DNA from: Laetmonice hystrix | Taxonomy: Eukaryota | Assembly: GCA_965235115.1 (NCBI GenBank) | Contig: OZ249444.1 | Coordinates: 23,746,001-23,809,640, forward strand | Direction: 5' to 3' | Length of the DNA: 63,640 bases | Shown: positions 1 through 12,960 of the stretch, one piece after another | How positions within the stretch are numbered: the first letter of the stretch is position 1 | How the letters are laid out: every line of letters begins with the position of its first letter | Notes under the pieces: model-generated | Told to the model about the DNA's origin: nothing | The model's input: the letters and a program-made list of their open reading frames with translations, nothing else | The model's database searches: none | Program-made: the position numbers and the translations under genes

Positions 1-644
1 CAATGCTAGACCATTTAATTCTTTATGACCAGCGCCAACCGAGGCGGGAAAGACACTCTAAACATTTAGACTTCAATGGGAAATACTGTTTGCGAAATTG
101 GCAGGTGTCTTCCGTAATATTTCTAAAGAGTAGTGGTGGACCACGTAAGATAAATACCAAACGACTTCATCACTTTACTTCCGCTGTTATTAAAATATTC
201 TGCCCTCGTTTTTTCCCTATTCCTTTCACGGATAATGCATGCTGGCTTGGCCCACAGTGGCCCAGCGAATGGAGGGCTACCCCACTACGGTAATTTGTAT
301 TTTATGGTGGAAAAGTTGAAGATGGGGGTCAGGGTGGCCCTCGTAGATCAAGGCTTGCTGTGAGAGGATGACGGAAGGCGCGCTCAAACACTTAGTGTTA
401 ATTAGATCATGGCTGGCCCGTCGCTTGGCGAGCAGGTGGACCCCTATACTGACGATCCCCTACCTCCCACCTGCCTCTCTCACCGTCCTCTACCAGTCCC
501 TGCGCCACACACGCCCTCAACACTTCTATATATGTATGCACACACTTAAGTGTACCGATATAAGCTTACATACGCCAATATACATAGTGCTCTATGTCAC
601 TGGGCATGGCAACTGATGTATTCTTCACGTTGAGATCTACTACA

Positions 645-1318
645 GCCAGTAACATCTGTCTAGTGAACACGCATACATTACTGGGATATGACACCCCATG
701 TATTCCTGGCCATCTAAGAGCCAGTAACATCTGTCTAGTGAACACGCATACATTACTGGGATATGACAACCCCATGTATTCCTGGCCATCTAAGAGCCAG
801 TAACATCTGTCCAGTGAACACGCATACATTACTGGGATATGACAACCCCATGTATTCCTGGCCATCTAAGAGCCAGTAACATCTGTCTAGTGAACACGCA
901 TACATTACTGGGATATGACAACCCCATGTATTCCTGGCCATCTAAGAGCCAGTAACATCTGTCTAGTGAACACGCATACATTACTGGAATATGACACTCA
1001 TGTATTCCTGGCCATCTAAGAGCCAGTAACATCTGTCTAGTGAACACGCATACATTACTGGGATATGACACTCATGTATTCCTGGCCATCTAAGAGCCAG
1101 TAACATCTGTCTAGTGAACACGCATACATTACTGGGATATGACACTCATGTATTCCTGGCCATCTAAGAGCCAGTAACATCTGTCTAGTGAACACGCATA
1201 CATTACTGGGATATGACAACCCCATGTATTCCTGGCCATCTAAGAGCCAGTAACATCTGTCTAGTGAACACGCATACATTACTGGAATATGACACCCCAT
1301 GTATTCCTGGCCATCTAA
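645..1318. repeat. Minisatellite, 74-76 bp unit, 9 copies
   Basis: CCAGTAACAT recurs at 646, 721, 797, 873, 949, 1023, 1097, 1171, 1247. Each unit has an internal inverted pair CCAGTAA...TTACTGG. Confidence 0.97.
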
Positions 1319-2177
1319 CAGACGTGCATTATTTGTGATGTCTGTTTGCCACATATTTATATCATACGCGATACCGGTAGAACTTCCTATTTCCAAACTG
1401 CAGTTTATTAAATAAACATCAATTAATTTTGTCCCCCATTTTATTTATACCTTAAAGCGATTCCTACCTCGCTTAGTTCCTTTTGTAGCTATTATCTCAA
1501 ATTAATCCACTTTTCTCCTCCTGACATGGGGAAAGTTTTGCCTTAAGGTAGACCCGGCCCATTTAACCAAGCCCCATTGGGCCCTGTCCAAAGTGAAATA
1601 TTTCAGTCATAACCCCTCAACAGCAATGACCTACACCAATAATTCTGTGGCTAATTCAATAATCACATTGTAAAACCATCCCAGTAAATTTATGACCTCC
1701 ACTAAAACGACAATTCCCACTGATTGCCTTGCTCACGTGCACATTGTGTGAATGTTCCGACAATACCCAACCCATTCTCATCTTAACTCGGCAAATCGGA
1801 CCAAATTTCTTCTTCGCAAATGATCCATAACTCAGCGACAATAATCATAAAACGTCGAAAGTCGTGACGTTACGTGGTTGAGATGATTATCTTTCCATCT
1901 CATTCATCAAGAAAATCATCCTAAAAGGCTTGTTTTCGTAAGAACCGTGTCAAAAACGCTCCGTTTGGTAAGGTAATCCACAATGGCCAATTATACCAGT
2001 CGCTTGTAGTCGTTCTGTCTCTTTCTGTTACACAGGGCCAACCGACACCACCCAACGCGCTGCCAATTAGCCTTGGATTATCTCCCCGATAGTCCAATGT
2101 AAACTCGACCAGGGATTGATCCACTCCGCTATCTGTGGTGCTCATCTTTAATTCGGCCCCAGGACCTGATTAAGTTT

Positions 2178-2325
2178 GACGCAATCAGTGGTGTCGGTCG
2201 GTGCTCACAGAGGGCGCCACTGATGACGTCACAAGTTAATCACGACGTCGTCCTCCTGGCGGCCTGTATTGGCCCTGATTAACCTCGGCGTCCTATCGTT
2301 ATCGGCCAATCAGGGGCCAATAACC
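2178..2325. promoter_or_regulatory. CpG-rich cluster of promoter/enhancer-type motifs
   Basis: TGACGCAAT near 2178, CTCF-like CACAGAGGGCGCCAC (2206-2220), perfect CRE TGACGTCA (2224-2231), ATTGG near 2268, and GGCCAATCAG and GGCCAATA near 2303-2323. Motif matches only. Confidence 0.35.
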
Positions 2326-2824
2326 CAACCCGAATAACATCAGTGCTCTTCATGGCACGCTTAATGCCATTTTCTTTGTCGTGTTCGGTATCACACTTTC
2401 CGTCCACCTTCAAAGCCTGAGGAAAACCTTGGTTTGTATTTTTGTCACACAACACATTTCTTGAGAAAGCCAAAACGAAAAACTGATTTGACATCAGTGC
2501 TTTAGTTACACTTTTGTTATTTCACCGAACTATAGCTCTCATAAAGGTCACAGGATCATGTCACATTCACAACTTTCAACTTCCACGACAGCAACACTAT
2601 GCAGCCACAGCATTCAATATCATACCCAGTTTTCAAAACATAATATTCAGGAAAGTATGCTTCACATTTCTTTATCATCCGCACTCACCTTGCACCATTA
2701 CTGGTACATTTTATATCAGTGTATTAGCGTATTTTGGACAAAGCCGTTCCCATAGAAACACGCCTCCTATCCCAAACCTTTGTTTCTAGTCACATCCATT
2801 CCACTAATGGCAAGACTGTCCTTG

Positions 2825-2840
2825 GCGCTAGATGGCGCTG
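2825..2840 (+). promoter_or_regulatory. CTCF-like motif
   Basis: GCGCTAGATGGCGCTG, one mismatch to the core CCASYAGRKGGCR. Confidence 0.3.
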
Positions 2841-3351
2841 TAATCAGTATCTTATGTTGCCAACTGTGGACACAGACACTCTTCCAATCTCACTCCACAC
2901 TGACTATTCCTCTCTCCCTATTACCCACATTCTTCAAAACGTCACCAACTTTTTCTCAACAGTGCCCCATTGCAATACACTGTGAATTTAACATTAAAAT
3001 ATGTTGTCAAATCTGCTAAATAAACTTGACTTAGTACTCCTCCTTTAGCCACAAAGGTTGTAAAATCTCTTAAATGTAGAAATATAATCACGGTACAGTA
3101 CACTATGGAGAGTCTGGAAGTTTACATTTCGCGGGCCGCTTTCTCTTCCACCAGCATCAGCAGACACGACATCCTTCAATTTGGATGTCGAGCCCAATAA
3201 TTAATGCAACAAAGTCTATAAATGCTGCCTCTCTACACCATAGCCCCCCGCCGACTTGAGTCCGGCCCGGGAATGGACTAGCCCACGCACATTGTCGGGA
3301 ATGGGTTGATCATGATGAAGCCTACATAATGGTAGCTCGCAGCGACTTCCG

Positions 3352-4418
3352 AATGTTTGCGTGTAGTACATGTATATCTCTGTCACAGGCTATAGGTTCC
3401 TCCATGTACCCGTCCATTGAGAACACACTGATTGCCCTGTAATGTTTGCGTGTAGTACGTGTATATCTATGTCATGGGCTATAGGTTCCTCCATGTACCC
3501 GTCCATTGAGAACACACTGATTGCCCTGTAATGTTTGCGTGTAGTACGTGTATATCTCTGTCACAGGCTATAGGTTCCTCCATGTACCCGTCCATTGAGA
3601 ACACACTGATTGCCCTGTAATGTTTGCGTGTAGTACGTGTATATCTCTGTCACAGGCTATAGGTTCCTCCATGTACCCGTCCATTGAGAACACAATGATT
3701 GCCCTGTAATGTTTGCGTGTAGTACGTGTATATCTCTGTCACAGGCTATAGGTTCCTCCATGTACCCGTCCATTGAGAACACAATGATTGCCCTGTTATG
3801 TTTGCGTGTAGTACGTGTATATCTCTGTCACAGGCTATAGGTTCCTCCATGTACCCGTCCATTGAGAACACACTGATTGCCCTGTAATGTTTGCGTGTAG
3901 TACGTGCATATCTCTGTCATGGGCTATAGGTTCCCCCATGTACCCGTCCATTGAGAACACACTGATTGCCCTGTAATGTTTGCGTGTAGTACGTGTATAT
4001 CTCTGTCACAGGCTATAGGTTCCTCCATGTACCCGTCCATTCAGAACACACTGATTGCCCTGTAATGTTTGCGTGTAGTACGTGTATATCTCTGTCACAG
4101 GCTATAGGTTCCTCCATGTACCCGTCCATTGAGAACACACTGATTGCCCTGTAATGTTTGCGTGTAGTACGTGTATATCTCTGTCACAGGCTATAGGTTC
4201 CTCCATGTACCCGTCCATTGAGAACACACTGATTGCCCTGTAATGTTTGCGTGTAGTTTATATCTCTGTCACAGGCTATAGGTTCCTCCATGTACCCGTC
4301 CATTGAGAACACACTGATTGCCCTGTAATGTTTGCGTGTAGTACGTGTATATCTCTGTCACAGGCTATAGGTTCCTCCATGTACCCGTCCATTGAGAACA
4401 CACTGATTGCCCTGTAAT
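3352..4418. repeat. Minisatellite, 89 bp unit, about 12 copies
   Basis: AATGTTTGCG at 3352, 3441, 3530 and onward. Copies are near-identical; one near 4250 has a 5-bp deletion. Confidence 0.97.
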
Positions 4419-7002
4419 GAATGACTCAACCACTAAAGGTCATCATAAGGCACTCAGACTGGTCTTTCCAAACCCGCGGGCGACTGTCCTCTCAGACTTC
4501 TTCCCGTTATGAACATAGAAATTTCTGTACACTAAAAGATTTTACTGATTACATTTTAAAGTATTTTCTCTATGCTGAACCCCCCAGAATTCTGACCGCA
4601 TGATAAGTTTAACGACCCCTCTTGTTTACTATCTGGTTATTGTGCGAGTGATGATCAACTATTCAGGTGCCACTCAATTTTTGTGGTTCCGACGACGTCG
4701 GTACCAATAATGCCGTCTGTCTATAATAATGCTCCGTTACCAGAAAACCGCTACAGGTTGGGACAGGTTGTCTACTACATCAGCCATGCCAGTCCCGACC
4801 AACAAGCAATGCCTCTATGTCCGAGGTCCATTTGCCTGCTCGTTCTCTGCGCAGGAATCTATCTTGGTGGCTATCGCAGGACAACAGACGGCCCAATAAA
4901 TTGGTTTCTGTTGCACAGCCGAGCCAAGCGGGATTGCCTTTTCAAATTCTTCTTGCAATCCATCTTTTTATCTTGACTTGTGTTATGATAGCAATCTCTG
5001 GCAGTAGAGGCCGTGCTTTCTTTGGGGCGGGAGAACAACGTACAGTGGACAGTCCCTGTCTAAACGCCATCAACCGGGGAGCCGTCTTCAGGACCTGCCA
5101 GAGGCAAGCAAATGCCTTTCAACGGTGCTGTTGGGTTAATTTACTCTCAGCGGAAATTACCATTTCAGTACCGGAGAGCATAATCAGGAAAGTGAAAACA
5201 TTTTTAGTTGCCTAATAGAAATTGACTGACGGATACAAATCTGAGTAGTTACATGACACTCACGGACTTAACTTTTCCTCCTCTACCATCTCTGGCATAT
5301 CAAATAATTACGTTGGGGATATTAATGTCCTTTTGAAAAGGCATTAGGGCTTTAATAAGAATCAAACTAGATGGAACAAGAAGAAAGTCCGGTGAAAATT
5401 AAGTCAAGTTAACTGACCCGTTTCAATTATATTTGAATGAAAAACATCTTCTCAAAACACCTCTGGTGGATGTGAACATCGGTCTGTGAATGAGTGGGTT
5501 TTAAACCCCACTTGTAAAACCTGCCTTCCTTCCTGTCAGAATCCTCAAACTCTTTCCCCTTAAACAAGTTTCACGACCCGATTAACCACAGACAGGCGTC
5601 ATTAGCCTGACAATAATCAATCCAAGGTAATCAACAAACATCAATCATTCAAAGTCATTCAATCAGTGCTGATCGGAAACCCAACCAGGAACTTGGCTCA
5701 GCATGTTGTATTCACACCTTCCGTGACATCCTGTCAGCGATCCTAACTTGTCTCCCGCCTTGGTCCAGCCAACTTTACAAATTTTAAAACGGGAACTCCA
5801 GAAGAAGAAAAAAACACTTGCACTGTCTGCGTCGCACAGTTCCCTAAAGGAAGCTTACCAATTAAGCAATTACAAAATGCCGGTAAAAATTTCTTATCCG
5901 ATGCATTTGTAGATGAGTTTCTTCAATAGCCTGATGGCAAATCACATTGGCCAAGAGTTGGTGCTTCCGAATCAAGCCAGTCTTTGCTCCCTGAACTGAG
6001 GATTAAAACCTCCATACTCCTTCCAAATATAGCAGCAAGAGGACTAACAGTGAGCCATTACTGGCTGGGTCACCGATACTACCCCTAGACAGTAATTAAT
6101 GAACCGAAACCACTGCGACTCCGCCATTCACTGGTCTCAAATAGAGCACAAATGAGAACTGAAACGTCATGCTGGTGAAGCACTTAGCCGGCCACAAGTG
6201 GCCTGACTGCCGGGTCCCATGGGCCGGCTGGCCGGGCTTCCCTAACGACAATGAAAACACGGGCTTCCTTCAATGCTCGCCTCTGTGTAGATAACCTGCA
6301 TTATTGATGGTTCGCCAATGGCGATTGATACAGACAGGAGTCAAAGGATTAGGCATATACCATCAAGTCGCAGTCAAGGCAGCCTTTTGGATGCACATTT
6401 AGTTTGCATCGAACGATTGCCGCAATTACACTCGCTTATGGATGATACGCTTGGGGATCGCGCGGCTCCTGGTTAAACAAAATAAATTATGAGCCTGACT
6501 TGTGTAAACTAAATATCTCAGCTTATATAAAACCTCACCAACATCATAGATTAGGGCCATTTCAGGACCATTTAGCCGAAGCTGTCATTATTACGTCTGC
6601 CTTCCAAAAAGAGCTCCTCGTAAATGATTTCACGATTAGACCGCCTAAATATGAACAAAAATTTGGCTGCATCAGCATGTGTCGGCGTCTGTGGGATTAG
6701 TGTGGGAGGAGTCTGGGTAAAACCCTCTATCGTGAGAAACTTTGTCAGTAAGATATTTCTTCTTGGCTACTTTTCTGGTCCCCTGCTCTCAATGCCGGCC
6801 CCGCGAAGCGAGAGAGTCAGGGGACCCGCCTAGGCCACATCCAAATTTGGGTAGTCAGGTCCAGGTGCTGACATCTGGTGGCATCAGCCCACAGATGTAT
6901 TTGCGTCCAGTCCGTATATCTTGCGGACATGAGGACTGGTGGTCGAGTTGAAGTAGAGAGTGAAGTCTCAGGTGTGTATTACCGTTAGATGGCGGCACCT
7001 TA

Positions 7003-7018
7003 CTAACTAACTAACTAA
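7003..7018. repeat. (CTAA)4 microsatellite
   Basis: Direct reading. Confidence 0.85.
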
Positions 7019-7120
7019 CCCTCACATCTCCTTAATGTCCTAAATCACCACCACATATGACCTGTATATCAATGGAATCACGACTTGCTAGATGTCTTTC
7101 ACACCTGTCCACTGGACAGG

Positions 7121-7146
7121 CCTTTAATCATGGACCTACCACGGCC

Positions 7147-7177
<31 letters not shown>

Positions 7178-7318
7178 AGGTGAAGACCAACCCCCAGCCT
7201 TTAATCATGGACCTACCACGGCCAGGGTGTGTGTGTGTAGGTGAAGACCAACCCCCAGCCTTTAATCATGGACCTACCACTGCCAGGGTGTGTGTGTAAG
7301 TGAACACCAACCCCCAGC
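7121..7318. repeat. Triplicated unit with an embedded variable (GT)n microsatellite
   Basis: CCTTTAATCATGGACCTACCAC..CCAGG(GT)n..GTGAA.ACCAACCCCCAGC at about 7121, 7198, 7259. The GT run is long in copy 1 and short in copies 2-3. Confidence 0.93.
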
Positions 7319-7492
7319 AGGACGGTAGGACGGGGCCGGGATGTAATCATCGTCCGTCTCCCAGCCTCATCTCTGCCCGGTTTTATCATCATCATGGCCA
7401 CATTAACAACATCTTCTCGTCTACCATACAAATTATGGAAGTTATTACACACTGTAATACCAATCTCTAGCCGACCTCGGCGTCTCGAATAG

Positions 7493-8915
7493 ACTATCAG
7501 GGCAGTTATCAGCAGAGAGACTGCACCTCGCCAGGCTGTGGCAAACCATCGCACTATCAGGGCAGACAGTTATCAGCAGAGAGACTGCACCTCGCCAGGC
7601 TGTGGCAAACCATCGCACTATCAGAGCAGACAGTTAGCAATAGAGAGACTGCACCTCGCCAGGCTGTGGCAAACCATCGCACTATCAGAGCAGACAGTTA
7701 GCAATAGAGAGACTGCACCTCGCCAGGCTGTGGCAAACCATCGCACTATCAGGGCAGACAGTTATCAGCAGAGAGACTGCACCTCGCCAGGCTGTGGCAA
7801 ACCATCGCACTATCAGGGCAGACAGTTATCAGCAGAGAGACTGCACCTCGTCAGGGTGTGGCAAACCATCGCACTATCAGGGCAGACAGTTATCAGCAGA
7901 GAGACTGCACCTCGCCAGGCTGTGGCAAACCATCGCACTATCAGAGCAGACAGTTATCAGCAGAGAGACTGCACCTCGCCAGGCTGTGGCAAACCATCGC
8001 ACTATCAGGGCAGACAGTTAGCAATAGAGAGACTGCACCTCGCCAGGCTGTGGCAAACCATCGCACTATCAGGGCAGACAGTTAGCAATAGAGAGACTGC
8101 ACCTCGCCAGGCTGTGGCAAACCATCGCACTATCAGGGCAGTTATCAGCAGAGAGACTGCACCTCGCCAGGCTGTGGCAAACCATCGCACTATCAGGGCA
8201 GACAGTTATCAGCAGAGAGACTGCACCTCGCCAGGCTGTGGCAAACCATCGCACTATCAGGGCAGACAGTTAGCAATAGAGAGACTGCACCTCGTCAGGG
8301 TGTGGCAAACCATCGCACTATCAGGGCAGACAGTCAGCAATAGAGAGACTGCACCTCGCCAGGCTGTGGCAAACCATCGCACTATCAGAGCAGACAGTCA
8401 GCAATAGAGAGACTGCACCTCGCCAGGCTAACAAACCATCGCACTATCAGGGCAGACAGTTAGCAATATAGAGACTGCACCTCGCCAGGCTGTGGCAAAC
8501 CATCGCACTATCAGGGCAGACAGTTAGCAATAGAGAGACTGCACCTCGCCAGGCTGTGGCAAACCATCGCACTATCAGGGCAGACAGTCAGCAATAGAGA
8601 GACTGCACCTCGCCAGGCTGTGGCAAACCATCGCACTATCAGAGCAGACAGTCAGCAATAGAGAGACTGCACCTCGCCAGGCTGTGGCAAACCATCGCAC
8701 TATCAGGGCAGACAGTCAGCAATAGAGAGACTGCACCTCGCCAGGCTGTGGCAAACCATCGCACTATCAGGGCAGACAGTCAGCAATAGAGAGACTGCAC
8801 CTCGCCAGGCTGTGGCAAACCATCGCACTATCAGGGCAGACAGTTATCAGCAGAGAGACTGCACCTCGCCAGGCTGTGGCAAACCATCGCACTATCAGGG
8901 CAGACAGTTAGCAAT
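7493..8915. repeat. Minisatellite, 64 bp unit, about 22 copies
   Basis: CACTATCAG at 7552, 7616 and onward. Source of the repetitive 289-aa ORF. Confidence 0.97.
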
Positions 8916-9388
8916 AATTTATCGAGAAAAAGAGTACCTGGCTTTTTCACGCTGTCGACTGATGAGAGTTTAAAACCTTCACACTCTATCATTCAATATT
9001 ATATCTGGTGTAATACTTACACTGCTATAGTTTTTCCTTCAGTACACAATGATGTGCTTAGCACATTTTTCGTTCTGCACAACCCTCAGTAACTGTATAC
9101 GGCAGGGAAACGTCATTCAAAGTCATTTCCTTCTCTCTGACTGCGTTTACCGGATAAAAGTCTGAGATATAATTAATCAAGGATCATGTCATTGATGACA
9201 GAATTCTAATATACCAAATTAAAAGGCAATAATCACTTTATTAGTCGGGTTCACCTTTTTTACAGGAAACATCTCCCGCGGAAGGGAAATCTAATTGACT
9301 TTGAACCTCCGCGTGTTTCTCAGTGTCAGTTTGATGGCATCCATCTCCCTGGGACATTTCACAGGGAACTCGCCCTGATCTCTGCTGG

Positions 9389-9442
9389 ACCCCCCCCCCC
9401 CCCCCGCCCCCCCCCCCCCCCCACAACCCCCCCCCCCCCCCG
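9389..9442. repeat. Interrupted poly-C tract
   Basis: About 50 nt, almost all C. Confidence 0.9.
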
Positions 9443-9942
9443 GCCGGTGGATGTATGTACCGGGACCTTGGGCCCAGATACTGAGATTCTATTACTAATG
9501 GATATACATACAGGATACACTTGATATGTAATCCTGCGGGCCCAATCCACGTCATATCCTTCTATCATCGTGCTGTTACAAGCTACCTTTTATAAACAAA
9601 CCCCACTGGAGGCGGGATTATCCTAATCCCTCTCCTAATCCGTGCACTGACTGCCCTACTGGAGGAGTACTTCCACACCTCCAGATCCTGGTGGGATCCT
9701 ACAATACAGCCCCTTTCCAACAAATCATTCTTTTTTCTAAATCATAATTCAATGAAAGCTGTTTTTGCTCATCCCCTGTCAGGTATTGATCGTTGACATT
9801 TAGACCATTAACGAAGCCAAATTTATTGAACAAACTAAAGGGTTATTGGGCCACCAGAGTGTATACGAAAACCTAAGAGTGGGGGATGAAAAAGACTTTC
9901 TTCATGTGGTATTTATAATCTGCCGCGTCGTTTTCAGAACAT

Positions 9943-10283
9943 TTACACCCAGTATTGTGGCAGGCCCCTGGACGGCCGTACCAACGACCCGGCCGTGCTA
10001 CAGTTACACCCAGTATTGCGACAGGCCCCTGGACGGCCGTACCAACGACCCGGCCGTGCTACAGTTACACCCAGTATTGTGGCAGGCCCCTGGACCGTGG
10101 ACGGCCGTACCAACGACCCGGCCATGCTACAGTTACACCCAGTATTGTGGCAGGCCCCTGGACCGTGGACGGCCGTACCAACGACCCGGCCATGCTACAG
10201 TTACACCCAGTATTGTGGCAGGCCCCTGGACGGCCGTACCAACGACCCGGCCGTGCTACATTTACACCCAGTATGGTGGCAGG
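9943..10283. repeat. Minisatellite, 61/68 bp units, about 5.3 copies
   Basis: TTACACCCAG at 9943, 10004, 10065, 10133, 10201, 10262. The 68-bp units carry an extra 7 nt (CGTGGAC). Confidence 0.95.
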
Positions 10284-10667
10284 TTTCCAGCTGTTGTTTC
10301 CGTCCCAGTCGCCGCACAACCCGAGTGTCGGCCAGCGGTGCAACAAACAACGGTCCATTTCAATGGCTTGGCCACGAACCAGACAATGAAACAAGTCGAT
10401 CCCCCACGACAACATCTTACCGAAATGTGGTAACAAAAACTATAAAACTCTCACTATTCCTGGCCCCCAAACCTAACCTAAACCTCCACTCCCGGTCCTC
10501 CGACATCCCCTAAAACATACCCCTCTCCCTACCCTTACCCCGAACCCCTATTCTCACACCCGTGTGAATGATACCATGAGGTAGTAACCTATACACATGT
10601 CCGTGCCACTGCACCACCAAGCCGGGGGCTCAGGGCTGGATTAACGTAACCCACCGTATACCACAAA

Positions 10668-10932
10668 TGACCTGGCACCCAGAGCAGCGCCCTCTCTGAC
10701 TGAGTAACCACAACCTGGTGTTGTATCACACGGGTACACGGCATGACCTGGCACCCAGAGCAGCGCCCTCTCTGACTGAGTAACCACAACCTGGGGTTGT
10801 ATCACACGGGTACACGGCATGACCTGGCACCCAGAGCAGTGCACTCTCTGACTGAGTAACCACAACCTGGGGTTGTATCACACGGGTACACGGCATGACC
10901 TGGCACCCAGAGCAGCGCCCTCTCTGACTGAG
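10668..10932. repeat. Minisatellite, 75-76 bp unit, 3.5 copies
   Basis: ATGACCTGGCACC at 10668, 10743, 10819, 10895. Internal hairpin ACAACC-TGG-GGTTGT. Confidence 0.95.
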
Positions 10933-11894
10933 TCCGACCATTATTTCTGTCGTTTGACAACCGACCGTCGCCGTCCAGTCAGACTAGGATCTCCACCCCT
11001 GGAGAACAGAACATGTTTTCGTGACACAATGACCTTGTGACCTTCTCCTACCTAACATGTCCTTTACTCATTATCTTGTCCACACTGGGCATTACTGACC
11101 TCATACCTGGTGGTCACCTCTGACAGCCAGTCTGTGTAAGATTATCTGACTTGTCTAGGTTTATCACCTACGTGTCCGCATACGGTAACGGTACTCAAAC
11201 AACCTCAGGCCAGCCGATCCAACAATCAGTCCTTTCCAACGACAAGTCCACCATATTCAAATTATATAAAAGGACAGTAAAGTTACTGACATCTGATTCG
11301 GACTGTGTAACCTGTCATCACTGTGATGACATGTCACGTCAAGATCAAACCCGATAATTTGACATAGAATCACTAGTTTCCATAAACCGGTCTGCCTCTA
11401 TGGTGTGGGGTGGGAACCTACAGCCTGGAGGACACACATGATGAGGCAGACTCCAGGTGGAAGTTGTCAGGGTAACGTGTAGTCCCCAGGAGCATGGTCA
11501 CCAAGCCGGGAGGAAACAACTAGAATTACTCCCGTGGGAAACCGGAAGGTCTCAGACCCCTCCTGACACTCTACTCCACGGTACAATCAATTTACAACAG
11601 CCGCCAGCACTCGGCAATCAGACCGTTTACATTGGCTTGGAGCCGAGCCTCATGGCTCCCTGTACAGTGACAACTATAGGCTCATATTTACTTCATTCAA
11701 CCCTATCGAATATGGACTACCTTTGTATCTATCTATCCAGATATCCAAACACATACACAGAATGCAACCATTTTATGAGCTAGGATCAACAATAGTTTCG
11801 GGGTTGTTGAAAGTATTGATTAAAGCCTTACGTTAGACACACGAATTCCCACTTTAATGACTGCTAAAAGGGCTTTTCAAATGTACCGACTCAC

Positions 11895-11923
11895 CCACTG
11901 CAGACTTCAAGTTGAATACATAC
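11895..11923 (-). other. Candidate recursive splice site with a 29-nt cryptic RS-exon (site A)
   Basis: Minus strand reads TTTAAC CTTTATTTTTTGTTATTTTTTCAG|GTATGTATTCAACTTGAAGTCTGCAGTGG|GTGAGT: branch-like TTAAC, long pyrimidine tract, CAG|GTATGT, then a downstream GTGAGT donor. Confidence 0.55.
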
Positions 11924-12282
11924 CTGAAAAAATAACAAAAAATAAAGGTTAAACATGACATACTTGACAACAAGTCCTCAAATTACGGGGTAATATTCAG
12001 ATTATCTGTTCAATGTGTCCTTTAAGCCGAGTCATGTCATGTCAAGTCATGTTTTTTCCCCCGACTGGAAGCCAATTGACATCTTATAACGATTTGGAAA
12101 ATATATCTCTTCTTTCCTGACGTTTCACTTACATACCGGAAAAAAAATCAAGATAGATGAATGAGAGTGACCTTCCGAGTGTCATGACCTTCCGCGTCTC
12201 CTGAACTATGATCTGTCCCAGATGATCTGTCTTAGATAATCTATCAGAACTATGACAGCTCGGCCTCCCCGACTTGATTTAC

Positions 12283-12960
12283 GGCGCTTTATGACGTCAT
12301 TACGTCAAACATTCAACCCGATCATCTATCCCGTCCTTCAGCCCTCAGAGTGTCCTCCCCACTATACGCCGCTCTATGACGTCATAACGTCAAACATTCA
12401 ACCCGATCATCTATCCCGTCCTTCAGCCCTCAGAGCGTCCTCCCCGCTATACGCCGCTCTATGACGTCATAACGTCAAACATTCAACCCGAACATCTATC
12501 CCGTCCTTCAGCCCTATTAGAGCGTCCTCCCCGCTATACGCCGCTCTATGACGTCATAACGTCAAACATTCAAACCGATCATCTATCCCGTCCTTCAGCC
12601 CTCAGAGTGTCCTCCCCACTATACGCCGCTCTATGACGTCATAACGTCAAACATTCAACCCGATATCTACCCCGTCCTTCATCCCTATTAGAGCGTCCTT
12701 CCCGCTATACGCCGCTCTATGACGTCATAACGTCAAACATTCAACCCGATCATCTATCCCGTCCTTCATCCCTATTAGAGCGTCCTCCCCGCTATACGCC
12801 GCTCTATGACGTCATAACGTCAAACATTCAACCCGATCATCTATCCCGTCCTTCAGCCCTCAGAGTGTCCTCCCCACTATACGCCGCTTTATGACGTCAT
12901 AACGTCAAACATTCAAACCGATCATCTATCCCGTCCTTCACCCCTATTAGAGCGACCTCC
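12283..12960. repeat. Minisatellite, 85-87 bp unit, 8 copies, each with a perfect CRE palindrome
   Basis: TGACGTCA at 12292, 12377, 12462, 12549, 12634, 12720, 12807, 12892. Confidence 0.97.

Noticed and set aside
1280-1396. LEIGSSTG, resembling methyltransferase motif I
   Set aside because: No downstream motifs; the frame runs into a minisatellite.
6860-7020. Possible LINE 3' end (DIWWHQPTDV... followed by a (CTAA)n tail)
   Set aside because: Very short, stop-interrupted, with no upstream RT motifs.
9266-9390. Plus-strand frame KHLPRKGNLIDFEPPRVSQCQFDGIHLPGTFHRELALISAG after TTTTTTACAG
   Set aside because: Only 41 codons, runs into poly-C without a donor; the DGIH resemblance to SGNH hydrolases is too short to support.
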